Assembly: GCF_052425735.1 (NCBI RefSeq)
Contig: NC_135758.1
Location: 35,774,001 to 35,838,000, forward strand
Source of the DNA: Oculina patagonica
Taxonomy: Eukaryota
Reading direction: 5' to 3'
DNA length: 64,000 nt
Below, piece after piece: positions 62,554 through 64,000 of the stretch. How positions within the stretch are numbered: position 1 is the stretch's first letter; each line of letters opens with the position of its first letter. Position numbers and translations under genes: made by a program. The notes under the pieces are model-generated. The model was not told the origin of the DNA and searched no databases. It saw only the letters and a list, made by a program, of their open reading frames with translations.

Positions 62554-64000
62554 TAATCCTCTTTCTAGTTAAAAGATTCCAAAGAATTGGGCCGTTTTTT
62601 TTCTTCTAAATGCTGCTCATTAAACTGTTTTATCTTTCTCTCATGGTTGCTAGTTGTGTATCTTGGTGATATTTTATTGATGTTTTAATTTAGTTGTGCA
62701 ATTTTTTGTTCGCCCCGGGCTCGCAGTGGTGGTGGTGTAAAAGTGTGCGAAATTTTATAGGCCACCTGCCAGTCGAGATATTTATTGAGGATAAAAACCG
62801 TTCTCGGAAAAGGTTTTCTGGGTCAACAAGATGAGTATCTCTGAGTTCCTACGAGAGGAATAGTGTTTCGAACTCGGCAGACTAATATCGATGACGGTAA
62901 AATTGTGAACGTGTCTGTTTGAGCGAAAATAAAATACCGCGATTTGAACTTTGTCCTGGTTGTGGCAATAACTTTAAACCTGCTTGTTACACAAGATAGC
63001 GTATAAATAGTTTTGCTTTATTTCTTTTTTATCTCAGCAGTAATTCTTGAATTTTGCTGACGCTTTCCTTTCTAATATAGTGGGTTCGTTGTTTTCGTCA
63101 AGCTTGATTTGTTGTTCTGGAACGACCCAGTAAATCTTGCTTTGCTAGCTGTTTGTACGTGAATATATTACTCATGTAAATCAGTTGGTAACGATTGATT
63201 TGTCGCGGAGTTCAGGACATTTTAATCAATTTTCTCAGCGATGAACTCGAAGTGTATAATCTGGCTAAAATGAAAGGATATTATGTAAAGAATTCCACCA
63301 TGATCGTGCTATAATTTTCCTTTATATTGCCATTTGATGTTATAAGTGGAACATTGATGTGGCTTCCGAAAATGTCAAGACTTCGCGTCATTTTAACCGC
63401 ACAATAGTATATTTATACCCCTTATAGCTTGACCTATGCAAAAAGTTAAGAAACTATTTTCCTTTAGGGAACTGAAACAATTGATAAATTTTTGGATGTG
63501 GATTTTTCCTAATTTACAGCTGAACGTTTTAAAACGTGCATAAATTTTTTTTTGGTGTAGAGGAAATGTTTTCATTGCATGTGCTTCCGTTTTCTTTGTT
63601 CAATTATGCCATGGTTAGTTTGAGTTTTTCCTGTTTCAGCATGTACTTCTTTGTGAGTAAGAGCACCCACTCATTCCTCACAAATTTTTGTCAGAATTTA
63701 AGTTATTTCTTTGGGTACTATTTGGGAACTGCTTGCTCAAAATAATATTATCTGTATGCATTCCAAATAGAGTAATTAGGCAAGCGTAAATGTCAGCAGC
63801 ACAGAATAGATATAAGTTATTGGATATGTATGTCACTCATGCATTAAGATAAAATTTAAAGCCCTGAAAGTCCAATATGTTTATTTTGATGCCTATGAAT
63901 TTTAATAAAAATTAATTGCAAATAAATTCCCAGTGCTTGTTCACAAATAATTAATTACAACTGGGCCTACACGTATTTAAATTCAGGGTTTTAAAGAAAG

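Overview
AT-rich animal genomic DNA with spliceosomal GT-AG introns and no prokaryotic features. The gene content and repeat families suggest a stony coral or other anthozoan (inference). Region 1-36 kb is a tandem array of seven intronless class A GPCR paralogues (three intact, four broken) built by segmental duplication. It is invaded by a deleted DIRS retrotransposon, a full-length but mutated L1/Tx1 LINE, a 5'-truncated L2/CR1-like LINE and many MITEs. At 36.5-47 kb lies an 8-exon PIGC gene (minus strand). Head-to-head with it, ATGs about 416 bp apart, is an 8-exon gene that I reconstruct as a ~528-aa adaptor made only of death folds: CARD-CARD-linker with a PVQDS TRAF motif-DD-divergent DD-DD. 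This is the best candidate for an undescribed system in the window. An LDAF1/promethin-like gene and the first two coding exons of FAM102/EEIG1 follow. Exon models were built by hand from splice sites and frame continuity; family calls rest on remembered motifs, not database searches.
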